Origin: Bacillota bacterium
GTDB taxonomy: Bacteria; Bacillota; DTU025
DNA length: 64,000 nucleotides
Direction of reading: 5' to 3'
NCBI GenBank assembly: GCA_019136685.1
Contig: JAGVTS010000064.1
Span: 3,087 to 67,086 of the forward strand
Shown here: positions 29,260 through 37,984 of the stretch, piece after piece
How positions within the stretch are numbered: position 1 is the first letter of the stretch
Layout of the letters: the number at the start of each line of letters is the position of its first letter
Notes under the pieces: generated by a model
Database searches by the model: none
Told to the model about the DNA's origin: nothing
Seen by the model: the letters and a program-made list of their open reading frames with translations, nothing else
Translations under genes and position numbers: made by a program

Positions 29260-29862
29260 GTGCCGCTTATGGAGGAATATCGATGCGAGTCTGGAATTCC
29301 AATTATCAGAACGTTCATCGCTCTACCGGTAGCAGGGTCGCCGGTGGAGGCGATATGCACGATGGTTGGCGACATGGAGAGGGCGGGAGTATGCGCCAAG
29401 TGGGTTAAGCCCCGAAACATGCACCTCACCCTGAAGTTTCTGGGCGATCTGCCCCGTGCGCGTATCCGGCAGCTCGCCGGTGCGGTGAGCCGTGCTGTGC
29501 AGGGCGAGCCGAAGTTCGATATCGCGCTTCGCGGCGCCGGCGCCTTCCCCAATCCCGCACGTCCCCGCGTGCTCTGGGTGGGGGTGCGCGAAGGCGCCGA
29601 CCGTTTAACGAGGCTTTCGCGTTCCATCGATGAGTCGACTGTAGCCTCGGGTTTCGCCCCAGCCGACAAGGCGTTTCGGCCTCACCTCACCATAGGAAGG
29701 GCCCGGGGGGAGTCGGGGGGCACGCGGGCAGCCGACATCATCTCGCGCAATTCTGATACCTTTTGGGGAACGGTCTCAGTGGACTGCATACACGTAGTAG
29801 CCAGTGTACTGCAGCCGTCAGGCCCTGTTTACACATCACTTGCCCGTATTCCGCTGGAGTGA
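29260..29862 (+). CDS. thpR: RNA 2',3'-cyclic phosphodiesterase ThpR/LigT (2H phosphoesterase)
   Basis: Two H-x-T/S-x motifs ([15 protein letters not shown]). GTG 29260 or ATG 29269 as start. Confidence 0.8.
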   Translation: MPLMEEYRCESGIPIIRTFIALPVAGSPVEAICTMVGDMERAGVCAKWVKPRNMHLTLKFLGDLPRARIRQLAGAVSRAVQGEPKFDIALRGAGAFPNPARPRVLWVGVREGADRLTRLSRSIDESTVASGFAPADKAFRPHLTIGRARGESGGTRAADIISRNSDTFWGTVSVDCIHVVASVLQPSGPVYTSLARIPLE

Positions 29863-29887
29863 CCAGCATAGTAAGGAGCGATCGGTC

Positions 29888-30985
29888 TTGAACGAACGAC
29901 AGAAGGCGCTGGAAGTGGCGGTTACTCAGATCGAAAAGGCATTTGGCAAAGGCTCCATAATGCGCCTGGGTGAGTCGACGGGTACCACTGCAATCGGCGT
30001 GATCCCCACCGGTGCGATTGCGATCGACATAGCTCTGGGTGTGGGCGGGATACCCCGCGGTCGGGTGGCAGAGATATACGGCCCGGAATCGTCCGGCAAG
30101 ACCACTGTGGCGCTGCATATCATCGCAGAGGCGCAGAAGCTGGGCGGGGTTGCCGCCTTCATCGACGCCGAGCACGCCCTGGACGCAGCCTATGCCAAAC
30201 GCCTCGGGGTGGACATCGACAACCTGCTGGTGTCGCAGCCCGACACTGGAGAACAGGCGCTGGAGATAACTGAGGCCCTGGTCAGAAGCGGCGCAGTGGA
30301 TGTTGTCGTAGTTGACTCAGTGGCTGCGCTCGTACCCCGCTCGGAGATTGAGGGCGAGATGGGCGATTCCCACGTGGGCCTTCAGGCCAGGCTGATGTCG
30401 CAGGCCCTGCGGAAACTGACAGGCGCCATCTCCAAATCCAATACGAGCGTCGTGTTTATCAACCAGATTCGCGAGAAGGTTGGCGTCATGTTCGGCAATC
30501 CTGAAACGACTCCGGGCGGTCGGGCGCTCAAGTTCTATGCGTCCGTGCGGATGGAGGTGCGCCGGGTGGAGTCGCTCAAGCAAGGTTCTGAGCAGATAGG
30601 CAACCGCACCCGGGCTAAAGTGGTCAAGAACAAGGTGGCTCCGCCATTTAGGGACGCCGAGTTCGACATCATATACGGCGAGGGCATATCACGAGAAGGA
30701 TCCTTGCTGGATGTGGGCGATGTAACCGGAGTCATAACCAGGAGCGGAACTTGGTACTCATACGGTGATCTCAGGTTGGGCCAGGGCAAGGAGAATTCGC
30801 GCCAATTCCTCAAGGCCAACCCTGAACTGGCCGCGGAGATTGAAACCAAGATCAGGGAGTCGGTCGGGCTGGCGAGCCCCAATGCCCCGGCCGAAGGCGA
30901 CTCGTCGGCCGGTAAAGATGGAACCGGCCAGTCCGACTCAGAGGATGGCGCCGCCAAGGGGCGGGGCGGACGTGGCAAGCGATAG
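29888..30985 (+). CDS. recA: recombinase RecA
   Basis: [27 protein letters not shown], Walker [13 protein letters not shown] 29888 preceded by AAGGAG at 10 nt; the longer listed ORF start is unsupported. Confidence 0.95.
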   Translation: MNERQKALEVAVTQIEKAFGKGSIMRLGESTGTTAIGVIPTGAIAIDIALGVGGIPRGRVAEIYGPESSGKTTVALHIIAEAQKLGGVAAFIDAEHALDAAYAKRLGVDIDNLLVSQPDTGEQALEITEALVRSGAVDVVVVDSVAALVPRSEIEGEMGDSHVGLQARLMSQALRKLTGAISKSNTSVVFINQIREKVGVMFGNPETTPGGRALKFYASVRMEVRRVESLKQGSEQIGNRTRAKVVKNKVAPPFRDAEFDIIYGEGISREGSLLDVGDVTGVITRSGTWYSYGDLRLGQGKENSRQFLKANPELAAEIETKIRESVGLASPNAPAEGDSSAGKDGTGQSDSEDGAAKGRGGRGKR

Positions 30986-31466
30986 ACGCCCACGCACGCT
31001 GGCGGGGGCGTTCTCGGCTGCATACAGGCTCCTGGCTGTGCAGGCTCGCACAGAGTCTGGGCTCCGGGAGGCCCTGCTCAGGAGAGGTTACAGCGTCGAG
31101 CATGTTGCCCAGGTCATGGCGGAGATGGTGCGCCTGGGCTACATAGACGATGTCGCGGCGGCATCTCGCTGGGCAGAGTACGCCGCCGCCGAACGTCGGT
31201 ACGGCGTGCGGGGTATCGCCGCGAAGCTCTCTGGGCGCGGAATCGACCCTCTGCTTGCGGCGCAGGCTGCGCAGGCGGCCTACGAGGCGGAGGGGGCAGA
31301 TGAATACCAGGTAGCGCGGGATCTGGCCGCCAGCCGCGTGTCTCTGGGTGAGCTGTCCGATGATGAGCTGAGCGGGCGAGCGGTAAGGCGCGTTGCAAGG
31401 TTCCTTGAGCGGAGGGGGTTTCGCGCCGACACGATATCGCGAGTGGTGAGGGACCTCACTCGCTGA
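30972..31466 (+). CDS. recX: RecA regulator RecX
   Basis: Helical-repeat protein with RecX-like motifs (REALLRRGY..., ...YIDD..., ...[12 protein letters not shown]...). GTG 30972 overlaps the recA end; ATG 30945 is an alternative start. Confidence 0.7.
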   Translation: MASDRRPRTLAGAFSAAYRLLAVQARTESGLREALLRRGYSVEHVAQVMAEMVRLGYIDDVAAASRWAEYAAAERRYGVRGIAAKLSGRGIDPLLAAQAAQAAYEAEGADEYQVARDLAASRVSLGELSDDELSGRAVRRVARFLERRGFRADTISRVVRDLTR

Positions 31467-31486
31467 CAAGCTGGGCTGGATCAGCT

Positions 31487-31516
31487 TGACAGTGCTTGGG
31501 CCCTACATATAGAATC
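31487..31516 (+). promoter_or_regulatory. sigma-A-type promoter TTGACA-N18-TAGAAT upstream of rny
   Basis: Hexamers read directly. The -35 overlaps a 7-bp inverted repeat (CAAGCTG..CAGCTTG) that immediately follows the recX stop. Confidence 0.5.
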
Positions 31517-31677
31517 TAGTCTGGGGCTGGGGTTTCCGGCCCGGCGAACACCATGCCGCGTGTCCCGTTCAAGCCGAGTTGGCGCTCGGCTTTACTTGTA
31601 CTGCAACCGAGCTTGTTGATTACGTACACGATTGTTTGTGCCAAGGGAGGTGGATCAGCATTAGCCCATTCATACAG

Positions 31678-33201
31678 ATGCTTGTCTATGTGTTGATAGC
31701 CGGCGTCGGAGCCGGTGGAGGATATCTGGCTCGCAAGTGGCTGGCAGAAGCGAAGATAAAGTCCGCTGAAAACGAGGCGGAGCGCATAGTAGAGGAGGCC
31801 GGAAAGGACGCCGAGGCTTTGAAGCGCGAGGCGGTCGTGGAGGCCAAAGAAGAAGTCCACAGGATGCGCAGTGAGTTCGAAAGAGAATCCCGCGACAGGC
31901 GGGTTGAACTACAGCGTTCGGAAAGACGGCTGCTTCAGAGGGAAGAATCGCTTGACAGAAAGAGTGATCAACTCGAGAAAAAGGAAGGCGTCCTTGAGCG
32001 GCGTGAGCACGACATAGAAAAGGCACAGGCTGAGGCGGAGCAATTGTGTCAGAAGCAGAGGCAGGAACTCGAAAGGATCGGAGGGCTCACTTCCGAACAG
32101 GCTCGTCAGCAGTTGCTGACGGAAGCTGAGGCCGAAATCCAGCACGAGCTTGCGGTCATGATAAAGGAGTGCGAGGCGCAGGCGAAGGATGAATCCGACA
32201 AGCGGGCACGAGAGATCATAACCCAGGCGATACAGAGGTGCGCCGCCGATCACGTGGCTGAAGTCACTGTGTCGGTGGTGGCGCTTCCCAACGATGAGAT
32301 GAAAGGGCGCATCATTGGCCGAGAGGGTCGAAACATACGCGCCCTAGAGACCCTTACCGGAATTGACCTGATCATCGACGACACGCCTGAGGCGGTTATC
32401 CTGTCGGGATTCGACCCGGTCAGGCGCGAGGTAGCCCGCGTCGCCCTAGAGCGCCTGATCCAGGACGGCAGGATACATCCGGCGAGAATCGAAGAGATGG
32501 TTGAGCGCGCCCGCAAGGAAGTGGATGCCGTAGTTCGCGAAGAAGGCGAAAGGGCCACTTTTGAAGTAGGCGTGCACGGCATCCATCCGGAGCTGATCAA
32601 GCTTCTAGGCAGGCTCCGATTCCGCACGAGTTATGGTCAGAATGTGTTGCGTCACTCTATTGAAGTGGCCCAGCTGGCAGGCGCCATGGCTGCTGAGCTT
32701 GGCGCAGACGTAGGCCTTGCCAAGCGAGGAGGACTGCTGCACGACATAGGCAAGGCAGTCGACCACGAGGTGGAAGGGCCCCATGTGACCATCGGCGCCG
32801 ATATCGCCAAGAAGTATCGCGAGTCGCAGGCAGTGACAAACGCTGTCGCGTCCCATCATGGCGACGTTGATCCGAAGACCATCGAAGCCGTGCTGGTGCA
32901 GGCGGCAGATGCAGTATCGGCCGCACGTCCCGGGGCGCGCCGCGAAACCCTGGAGACCTATATCAAGCGTCTCGAAAAACTGGAAGAGATAGCCGATTCG
33001 TTCGATGGCGTCGACAAGGCCTACGCCATCCAGGCCGGTCGCGAGATCCGAATCATGGTCAAGCCCGACCGAATCGACGACGCAACGTCCATCAAATTGG
33101 CGCGCGACATTGTCAAGCGAATAGAGCAGGAGTTGGAATACCCGGGTCAGATAAAGGTGACTGTCATCCGCGAAACCAGAGCCGTAGACTACGCCAAATG
33201 A
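31678..33201 (+). CDS. rny: ribonuclease Y
   Basis: N-terminal TM, coiled coil, KH domain ([14 protein letters not shown]) and HD domain (HD...GK). ATG 31678 has no nearby SD. An ATT codon at 31660 lies 8 nt after GGGAGG and would give a TM helix matching B. subtilis in length (see findings). Confidence 0.9.
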   Translation: MLVYVLIAGVGAGGGYLARKWLAEAKIKSAENEAERIVEEAGKDAEALKREAVVEAKEEVHRMRSEFERESRDRRVELQRSERRLLQREESLDRKSDQLEKKEGVLERREHDIEKAQAEAEQLCQKQRQELERIGGLTSEQARQQLLTEAEAEIQHELAVMIKECEAQAKDESDKRAREIITQAIQRCAADHVAEVTVSVVALPNDEMKGRIIGREGRNIRALETLTGIDLIIDDTPEAVILSGFDPVRREVARVALERLIQDGRIHPARIEEMVERARKEVDAVVREEGERATFEVGVHGIHPELIKLLGRLRFRTSYGQNVLRHSIEVAQLAGAMAAELGADVGLAKRGGLLHDIGKAVDHEVEGPHVTIGADIAKKYRESQAVTNAVASHHGDVDPKTIEAVLVQAADAVSAARPGARRETLETYIKRLEKLEEIADSFDGVDKAYAIQAGREIRIMVKPDRIDDATSIKLARDIVKRIEQELEYPGQIKVTVIRETRAVDYAK

Positions 33202-33272
33202 CAGGGTGCCTAGGGTCCGTGCCGCGCGTAGAATGATCAGCAGGAATACAGGCCGATCATCGGGGGAAGAAG

Positions 33273-33812
33273 GTGGCTCAGGTGAGAGAGGCGCGCTACA
33301 GAGAAGGCGATGGTTCTTCGACTAGTGTCGGCTTGCTCGTGTCGATTCTAGTCCGATATCCCGAGATCTGTACCGTGTCGTACACGCCAGATTCGAGGGT
33401 TCTCGGGTTTTCGTTCATGGTGGCAAGGAGAGTGGATGCCGATGAGTTCGATGCCTTCAGGCGCCTGGCTCTTGCGAGCATCTCAGTCTACCTCGACCTA
33501 GTAAGGCTCGAAGACGCGCCAGTAGCCGAGATCAGCTCCTCCTACCTGGGAAGCGTAACGCAAGTTCAGCTGACGCGCGATGTTGCCACATTGACCGGCG
33601 ACGAGATATCCTTGCTCATCGGGCTGATTCTGGATGCCTTCGGAGACGACCTGGCCACTGACAGGTCTGAAGATCTGGGCGAGGAAGAGCTGATGGTGCA
33701 GGAGGAGTTCATTGCCAACCTGCTGGCGGATCTGAAGGAGACCACGCAGGAGAAGCGCCTCATAGGCTTCCGGGAAGAGGGCAGGGTAATGGTGTTTAAC
33801 AGGCCTGCCTGA
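33273..33812 (+). CDS. hypothetical acidic protein (179 aa) inserted between rny and ymdB
   Basis: GTG start preceded by GGGGGAAGAAG. Moderate GC3. No motif recognised. Confidence 0.45.
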   Translation: MAQVREARYREGDGSSTSVGLLVSILVRYPEICTVSYTPDSRVLGFSFMVARRVDADEFDAFRRLALASISVYLDLVRLEDAPVAEISSSYLGSVTQVQLTRDVATLTGDEISLLIGLILDAFGDDLATDRSEDLGEEELMVQEEFIANLLADLKETTQEKRLIGFREEGRVMVFNRPA

Positions 33813-33902
33813 TGGCATGGGCCTGATTTGCGAATATGATGGAGAAAGGTGGGCAGGCTAACAGTTAGGCCTGCCCACGTTTGCCCTCGAGGAGGAATAT
33901 GT

Positions 33903-34694
33903 TTGAAAGTCGCAATGTTCGGCGACGTGATCGGGAGGCCGGGACGGGCACGTGCGTTGTCGGTCATAGCCCAGCTCAGAGCTGACGAGGCAGTGGACTT
34001 CGTTGTAGTCAACGGCGAGAACGCTGCAGGAGGAATGGGCCTCACGCCTGAAGTGGCGCGGGAGATGCTTGATGGCGGGGTCGACGTGATAACCACTGGG
34101 AATCACGTGTGGAATAAACGAGAGATGGCTGACTACCTTGATAAGGCCGACCGTGTGTTGCGCCCGGCGAACTACCCGTCGGGAGTGCCGGGCAGAGGAT
34201 GGACAGTCGTATCCTGCGCAGGTCTGCGCCTGGCAGTGTTGAACCTGCAGGGTCGAGTGTTCATGCAGCCCATTGACTGCCCGTTCGCCCGGGGTAGGCA
34301 GGCGGTGGACGAAATCGGGTCTTCTGCAGATATCGTTGTCGTAGACTTTCACGCGGAAGCGACTTCAGAGAAACAGGCGCTTGGGCTTTACCTAGACGGC
34401 CGTGCAGCTGCGGTAGTAGGCACGCACACGCATGTTCAGACCGCCGATGAGAGAGTGCTTCCGGGAGGCACTGCTTTCGTTACTGATCTGGGCATGTGCG
34501 GGCCGGTCAACTCAGTCATAGGCATGGACGCAAACACGGTGATTCCACGGTTTGTCACGGCCTTGCCGTCGCGTTTCGCCGTTGCAAAGGGTCCGGTCGT
34601 TGTGTCGGGGGCCATTATCGAAGCGGATCATTCCACTGGAAGAGCGCGAGGGATAGATCGATTCATTGAGGTATTTCACGATTCCCCTCGGTGA
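33903..34694 (+). CDS. ymdB: YmdB-family metallophosphoesterase (2',3'-cyclic-nucleotide phosphodiesterase)
   Basis: MFGDVIGRPGR, GENAAGGMG, TGNHVWNK, HAE motifs. TTG 33903 is 7 nt after AGGAGG. Confidence 0.85.
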   Translation: MKVAMFGDVIGRPGRARALSVIAQLRADEAVDFVVVNGENAAGGMGLTPEVAREMLDGGVDVITTGNHVWNKREMADYLDKADRVLRPANYPSGVPGRGWTVVSCAGLRLAVLNLQGRVFMQPIDCPFARGRQAVDEIGSSADIVVVDFHAEATSEKQALGLYLDGRAAAVVGTHTHVQTADERVLPGGTAFVTDLGMCGPVNSVIGMDANTVIPRFVTALPSRFAVAKGPVVVSGAIIEADHSTGRARGIDRFIEVFHDSPR

Positions 34695-34788
34695 GTCATG
34701 TGCCAAACAGTAGAAGGAGTTGTCCAATAGAGGACTAATACACTACTCTAGAAACGTCAATACGATCAGCCGGCAGGAGGATAAGAGC

Positions 34789-35049
34789 ATGGAGGTCCTA
34801 AAGGTTTCTGCAAAGTCGAATCCAAACTCGGTAGCCGGAGCTTTGGCAGGGGTTATCCGCGAACGCGGCGGCGCTGAGGTGCAGGCCATAGGCGCCGGAG
34901 CCATCAACCAGGCGGTCAAGGCCGTGGCCATCGCACGGGGTTTCGTGGCGCCAAGTGGTCTCGACCTCGTATGCGTTCCGGCGTTTGTCGATGTTACCAT
35001 CGACGGCGAGGAACGCACCGCGATCAAGCTGATCGTGCAACCCCGGTAG
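34789..35049 (+). CDS. spoVS: stage V sporulation protein S
   Basis: 86 aa; MEVLKVSAKSNPNSVAGALAGVIRERG...AINQAVKAVAIARGF is a near-canonical SpoVS sequence. CAGGAGGA SD. Confidence 0.9.
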   Translation: MEVLKVSAKSNPNSVAGALAGVIRERGGAEVQAIGAGAINQAVKAVAIARGFVAPSGLDLVCVPAFVDVTIDGEERTAIKLIVQPR

Positions 35050-35081
35050 CCGTCATATTCCATCGGAAGTCATTTACCATG

Positions 35082-35103
35082 GTGCCGGGCGCAAGCCCGG
35101 CAC
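35082..35103 (+). terminator. GC hairpin GTGCCGGGC-gcaa-GCCCGGCAC after spoVS (no U-tract)
   Basis: Perfect 9-bp stem 33 nt after the spoVS stop. Confidence 0.4.
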
Positions 35104-35242
35104 TCGGCGTGAAGTGCCTGAAATGGCGCGTGCAGGTGCGGCGAACCGACTCTGGATACAGTTTCTTGGAGGTAAACCGGTCCTCAAGGGCGAATCCACA
35201 ACCCACCTTGGGAGGTGGAGTCGTAGCAGAGGAAGGGTTACT

Positions 35243-35776
35243 ATGTGCGACGGGGAGACTGTACTGCTCCGCCAGCTGACGGAGCACGATCTTGGTACGA
35301 TGGCGAGGTGGGATGCGGATCACGAGCTGACGGGCCTAATGGGGGAAACCGTCAGAACCGAGAGCGAATCGCGCGCCAGGTTTACCAAGCTGCTCAGCGA
35401 CAGGAACAGCTTGGCGATGGCCATTATCACGCAGGATGGCTTGCTCATAGGCGATATTGAGCTGACGGAGATAGCCTGGCGCAGCGGCGATGCAGAACTG
35501 GTGGTGCGAATAGGCGACCCGGAGTACCGTGGGAGAGGCATGGGTTCCTGCGCTGTCCGCGCCATGTTGGAGGCGGCATTCGAGCGGTTGAACCTTGCCC
35601 GCGTATACCTGAGAGTCTGCGCCGATAACCGCAGGGCTATCAGATGCTATCTCAAGTGCGGATTTCGCCGGGAAGGAGTGGTCCGGCGGAAGCTGGGCCC
35701 AAGCGGCGATGCACGCCGAGTGGTGTTGATGACCATTATGAGGTCGGACTTCGCCAGAATAGAGATCGCCTCCTAG
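35243..35776 (+). CDS. GNAT family N-acetyltransferase (RimL/RimJ-like)
   Basis: GNAT fold motifs (IGDIELTEIAWRSGDAELVVRIGDPEYRGRGMGS...YLKCGFRREG). ATG 35243 preceded by GAGGAAGGG. Confidence 0.7.
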   Translation: MCDGETVLLRQLTEHDLGTMARWDADHELTGLMGETVRTESESRARFTKLLSDRNSLAMAIITQDGLLIGDIELTEIAWRSGDAELVVRIGDPEYRGRGMGSCAVRAMLEAAFERLNLARVYLRVCADNRRAIRCYLKCGFRREGVVRRKLGPSGDARRVVLMTIMRSDFARIEIAS

Positions 35777-35834
35777 GCAGGCAGGCGGTGCGCGGCACTG
35801 ACTTCCGTCTGGGATTCTGTACGACACTCGATCC

Positions 35835-35861
35835 AAAGAGGGCTGGGGCCCTCTTTTTTTT
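35835..35861 (+). terminator. canonical rho-independent terminator (AAAGAGGGC-tggg-GCCCTCTTT plus T8)
   Basis: Perfect 9-bp stem followed by TTTTTTTT, 60 nt after the GNAT stop and upstream of the mraZ control region. Confidence 0.75.
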
Positions 35862-35946
35862 GTCCGGTTTCGTCAGAGTGGCAATGATGGCCAAATATTT
35901 GTGCAACGTTGCAGGAGAAAGCGTTCGGACCTCGAAATGATAGTGC

Positions 35947-35975
35947 GAGTGGAGCAAAGTGGAGCAAAGTGGTGG
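35947..35975 (+). promoter_or_regulatory. MraZ operator: three to four direct GTGG repeats at a 10-bp period (gAGTGGagcAAAGTGGagcAAAGTGGtgg) immediately upstream of mraZ
   Basis: Tandem 10-mer AAAGTGGAGC x2 plus a flanking AGTGG; fits the described MraZ-binding direct-repeat architecture (GTG[G/T] with 10-nt spacing). Confidence 0.6.
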
Positions 35976-35981
35976 ATCACG

Positions 35982-36410
35982 GTGTTCATAGGGGAGTTCA
36001 GACACTCTCTGGACAACAAAGGTCGGATCATAGTGCCCTCCAGATTCCGCGAGGAACTTGATGGCAGGTTCATCTTGACTCGCGGCCTTGATACGTGCCT
36101 GTTCGGGTTCACCGAATCCGAATGGAGCAATCAGGAAGAGAAGCTGACTACGCTCCCCATGACAATGGCTGATGGGCGCGCTTTCTCCAGGTTGTTTTTC
36201 TCCGGCGCCAGCGAGTGCGAACTCGACCGCCAGGGAAGAGCCCTGATCCCGCCTCATCTGCGGCAATATGCCCGGATAGAACGGGATATCGTAGTAATCG
36301 GAGTCTCATCCAGATTCGAGATATGGGCGCAGGAAGTGTGGGAAGAGTACCTGTCACAGGTATCGAGTTCCTACGAAACGATTGCAGAAAAACTCGTATC
36401 GCTGGGGTAA
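35982..36410 (+). CDS. mraZ: transcriptional regulator MraZ
   Basis: VFIGEFRHSLDNKGRIIVPSRFRE aligns to B. subtilis [24 protein letters not shown], with a duplicated SpoVT/AbrB-like domain. GTG start with GGTGG 6 nt upstream. Confidence 0.9.
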   Translation: MFIGEFRHSLDNKGRIIVPSRFREELDGRFILTRGLDTCLFGFTESEWSNQEEKLTTLPMTMADGRAFSRLFFSGASECELDRQGRALIPPHLRQYARIERDIVVIGVSSRFEIWAQEVWEEYLSQVSSSYETIAEKLVSLG

Positions 36411-36476
36411 TCACGGCGGCTTCCGAAGGCGGGCAGCCGCCCCGGCAGCGGGAGTTTTGTGAGCGGGAGTTGACTG

Positions 36477-37436
36477 ATGGACTACAGCCACCAACCGGTA
36501 ATGGTTCAGGAGGTCATGAGTTACCTGGCGCCGGCTCCCGGAGATGTGATCGTTGACTGCACACTGGGCGGCGCCGGCCATTCGAGGGTGATCGCCGCGG
36601 CGATTGGCCGGCAGGGTATGCTCATCGGCATTGATCGTGATCGGCAAGCGCTGCAAGCGGCCTCGGAGGCGCTCTCCGACGCACCCTGTCGGGTCAGCCT
36701 GGTGCATGGCGACTATGGCGACATAGAGTCTCTGCTCGGGAAGCTTGGGCATCCCGCACCGGACGGCGTGCTGTTTGATTTCGGAGTCAGTTCTCATCAG
36801 CTGGACGCGGTTGAACGCGGCTTCACCTACAGGGAGGACGCTCCGCTCGATATGCGGATGGACCAGGGCATTCAGTTGACTGCGGCCGACATAGTCAACA
36901 CGGCGTCGGTTCGAGACTTGGAGACGATCATCTCAGACTACGGCGAGGAAAGATGGGCGCGGCGGATTGCCCGCCATATCGCCCTTGAGCGACAGAATGC
37001 GCCAATACTGACTACCGGATGCCTTGTGCAGGCGGTGGCTTCGGCAATTCCGCCTGGAGCAGGAGGGCGCGATGGCCCGCACCCGGCCCGCAGAACGTTC
37101 CAGGCGCTCAGAATAGCCGTCAACGACGAGTTGGGCGCGGTTCGAAGGGGAACCGAAGGAGCCGTTCGAGTTGCCGCCTGTGGGGCGCGCATAGTGGCGC
37201 TGTCATACCATTCCCTGGAGGACAGGATTGTAAAGGAGCTTTTCCGAGCCAGAGAACGCCCGTGTTCATGCCCGCCGTCGTTTCCGACGTGCATATGCGG
37301 TCGGCGCAAGGCTCTCGAAGTGATCACACGTAAGCCGGTCCGTCCGTCGGAAAACGAAGTGCAAGTGAATCCCAGAGCACGAAGCGCCAAGCTCAGGGCT
37401 GCAATCAAAGTTCTAGGCCCGGGGGAGGATGAATAG
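36477..37436 (+). CDS. rsmH: 16S rRNA (cytosine1402-N4)-methyltransferase RsmH (MraW)
   Basis: HQPVMVQEVMSYLAP...DCTLGGAGHS...DFGVSSHQLD motifs. Confidence 0.9.
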   Translation: MDYSHQPVMVQEVMSYLAPAPGDVIVDCTLGGAGHSRVIAAAIGRQGMLIGIDRDRQALQAASEALSDAPCRVSLVHGDYGDIESLLGKLGHPAPDGVLFDFGVSSHQLDAVERGFTYREDAPLDMRMDQGIQLTAADIVNTASVRDLETIISDYGEERWARRIARHIALERQNAPILTTGCLVQAVASAIPPGAGGRDGPHPARRTFQALRIAVNDELGAVRRGTEGAVRVAACGARIVALSYHSLEDRIVKELFRARERPCSCPPSFPTCICGRRKALEVITRKPVRPSENEVQVNPRARSAKLRAAIKVLGPGEDE

Positions 37437-37957
37437 TGATGGAGTGCAGTTACGCTAAGATAGGTGAGCTGGGGCGCGATTCGGCCAGGCGCAGATCGTC
37501 GCGAACCGTGCGGCTTATGTCTGCGTGCGGGCTCGTTGCCGTGCTGGCCGTTGCCTTTTCGGTCGCCGTTCTTGCGGAGAGAGTAGCGATTGTGCGCGCA
37601 AGCGACAGACGCGATAGAGCCGGGGCGCGGGCAGAGTCGCTTAGGAATGAGTGGGAGCGGATGTCGCTAGAGCTCGCACGTATCACGTCTCTTGATAGAG
37701 TAGATAAGGTGGCCCGGGCTGAACTGGGAATGGTCGATCCGCCGCGTATGGGAGTGGTGCTCATCGATGCGCGGCCCGTGCTAGATACAGCCAACCGGGC
37801 AATCCCGCCCAGCGAGACTGCGGACGTATCACAACCGCCCACTGTGCTCGCGAACGTGGCTGCCATCGTCGAGCAGATGGCAGTGGCGGCAGTATCGAAC
37901 CTCATTGCCGCGTGGTTCGTTGTTCCCACGACCCAACTGCCGTCTGTGCTCGAATGA
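37436..37957 (+). CDS. ftsL: cell division protein FtsL
   Basis: Small bitopic protein (single TM, coiled coil) with the FtsL-typical ARAELGMVDPP segment, in the dcw position between rsmH and the PBP gene. Confidence 0.65.
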   Translation: MMECSYAKIGELGRDSARRRSSRTVRLMSACGLVAVLAVAFSVAVLAERVAIVRASDRRDRAGARAESLRNEWERMSLELARITSLDRVDKVARAELGMVDPPRMGVVLIDARPVLDTANRAIPPSETADVSQPPTVLANVAAIVEQMAVAAVSNLIAAWFVVPTTQLPSVLE

Positions 37958-37984
37958 ACCAAACAAGATGTGGGGGCTCCTTAG

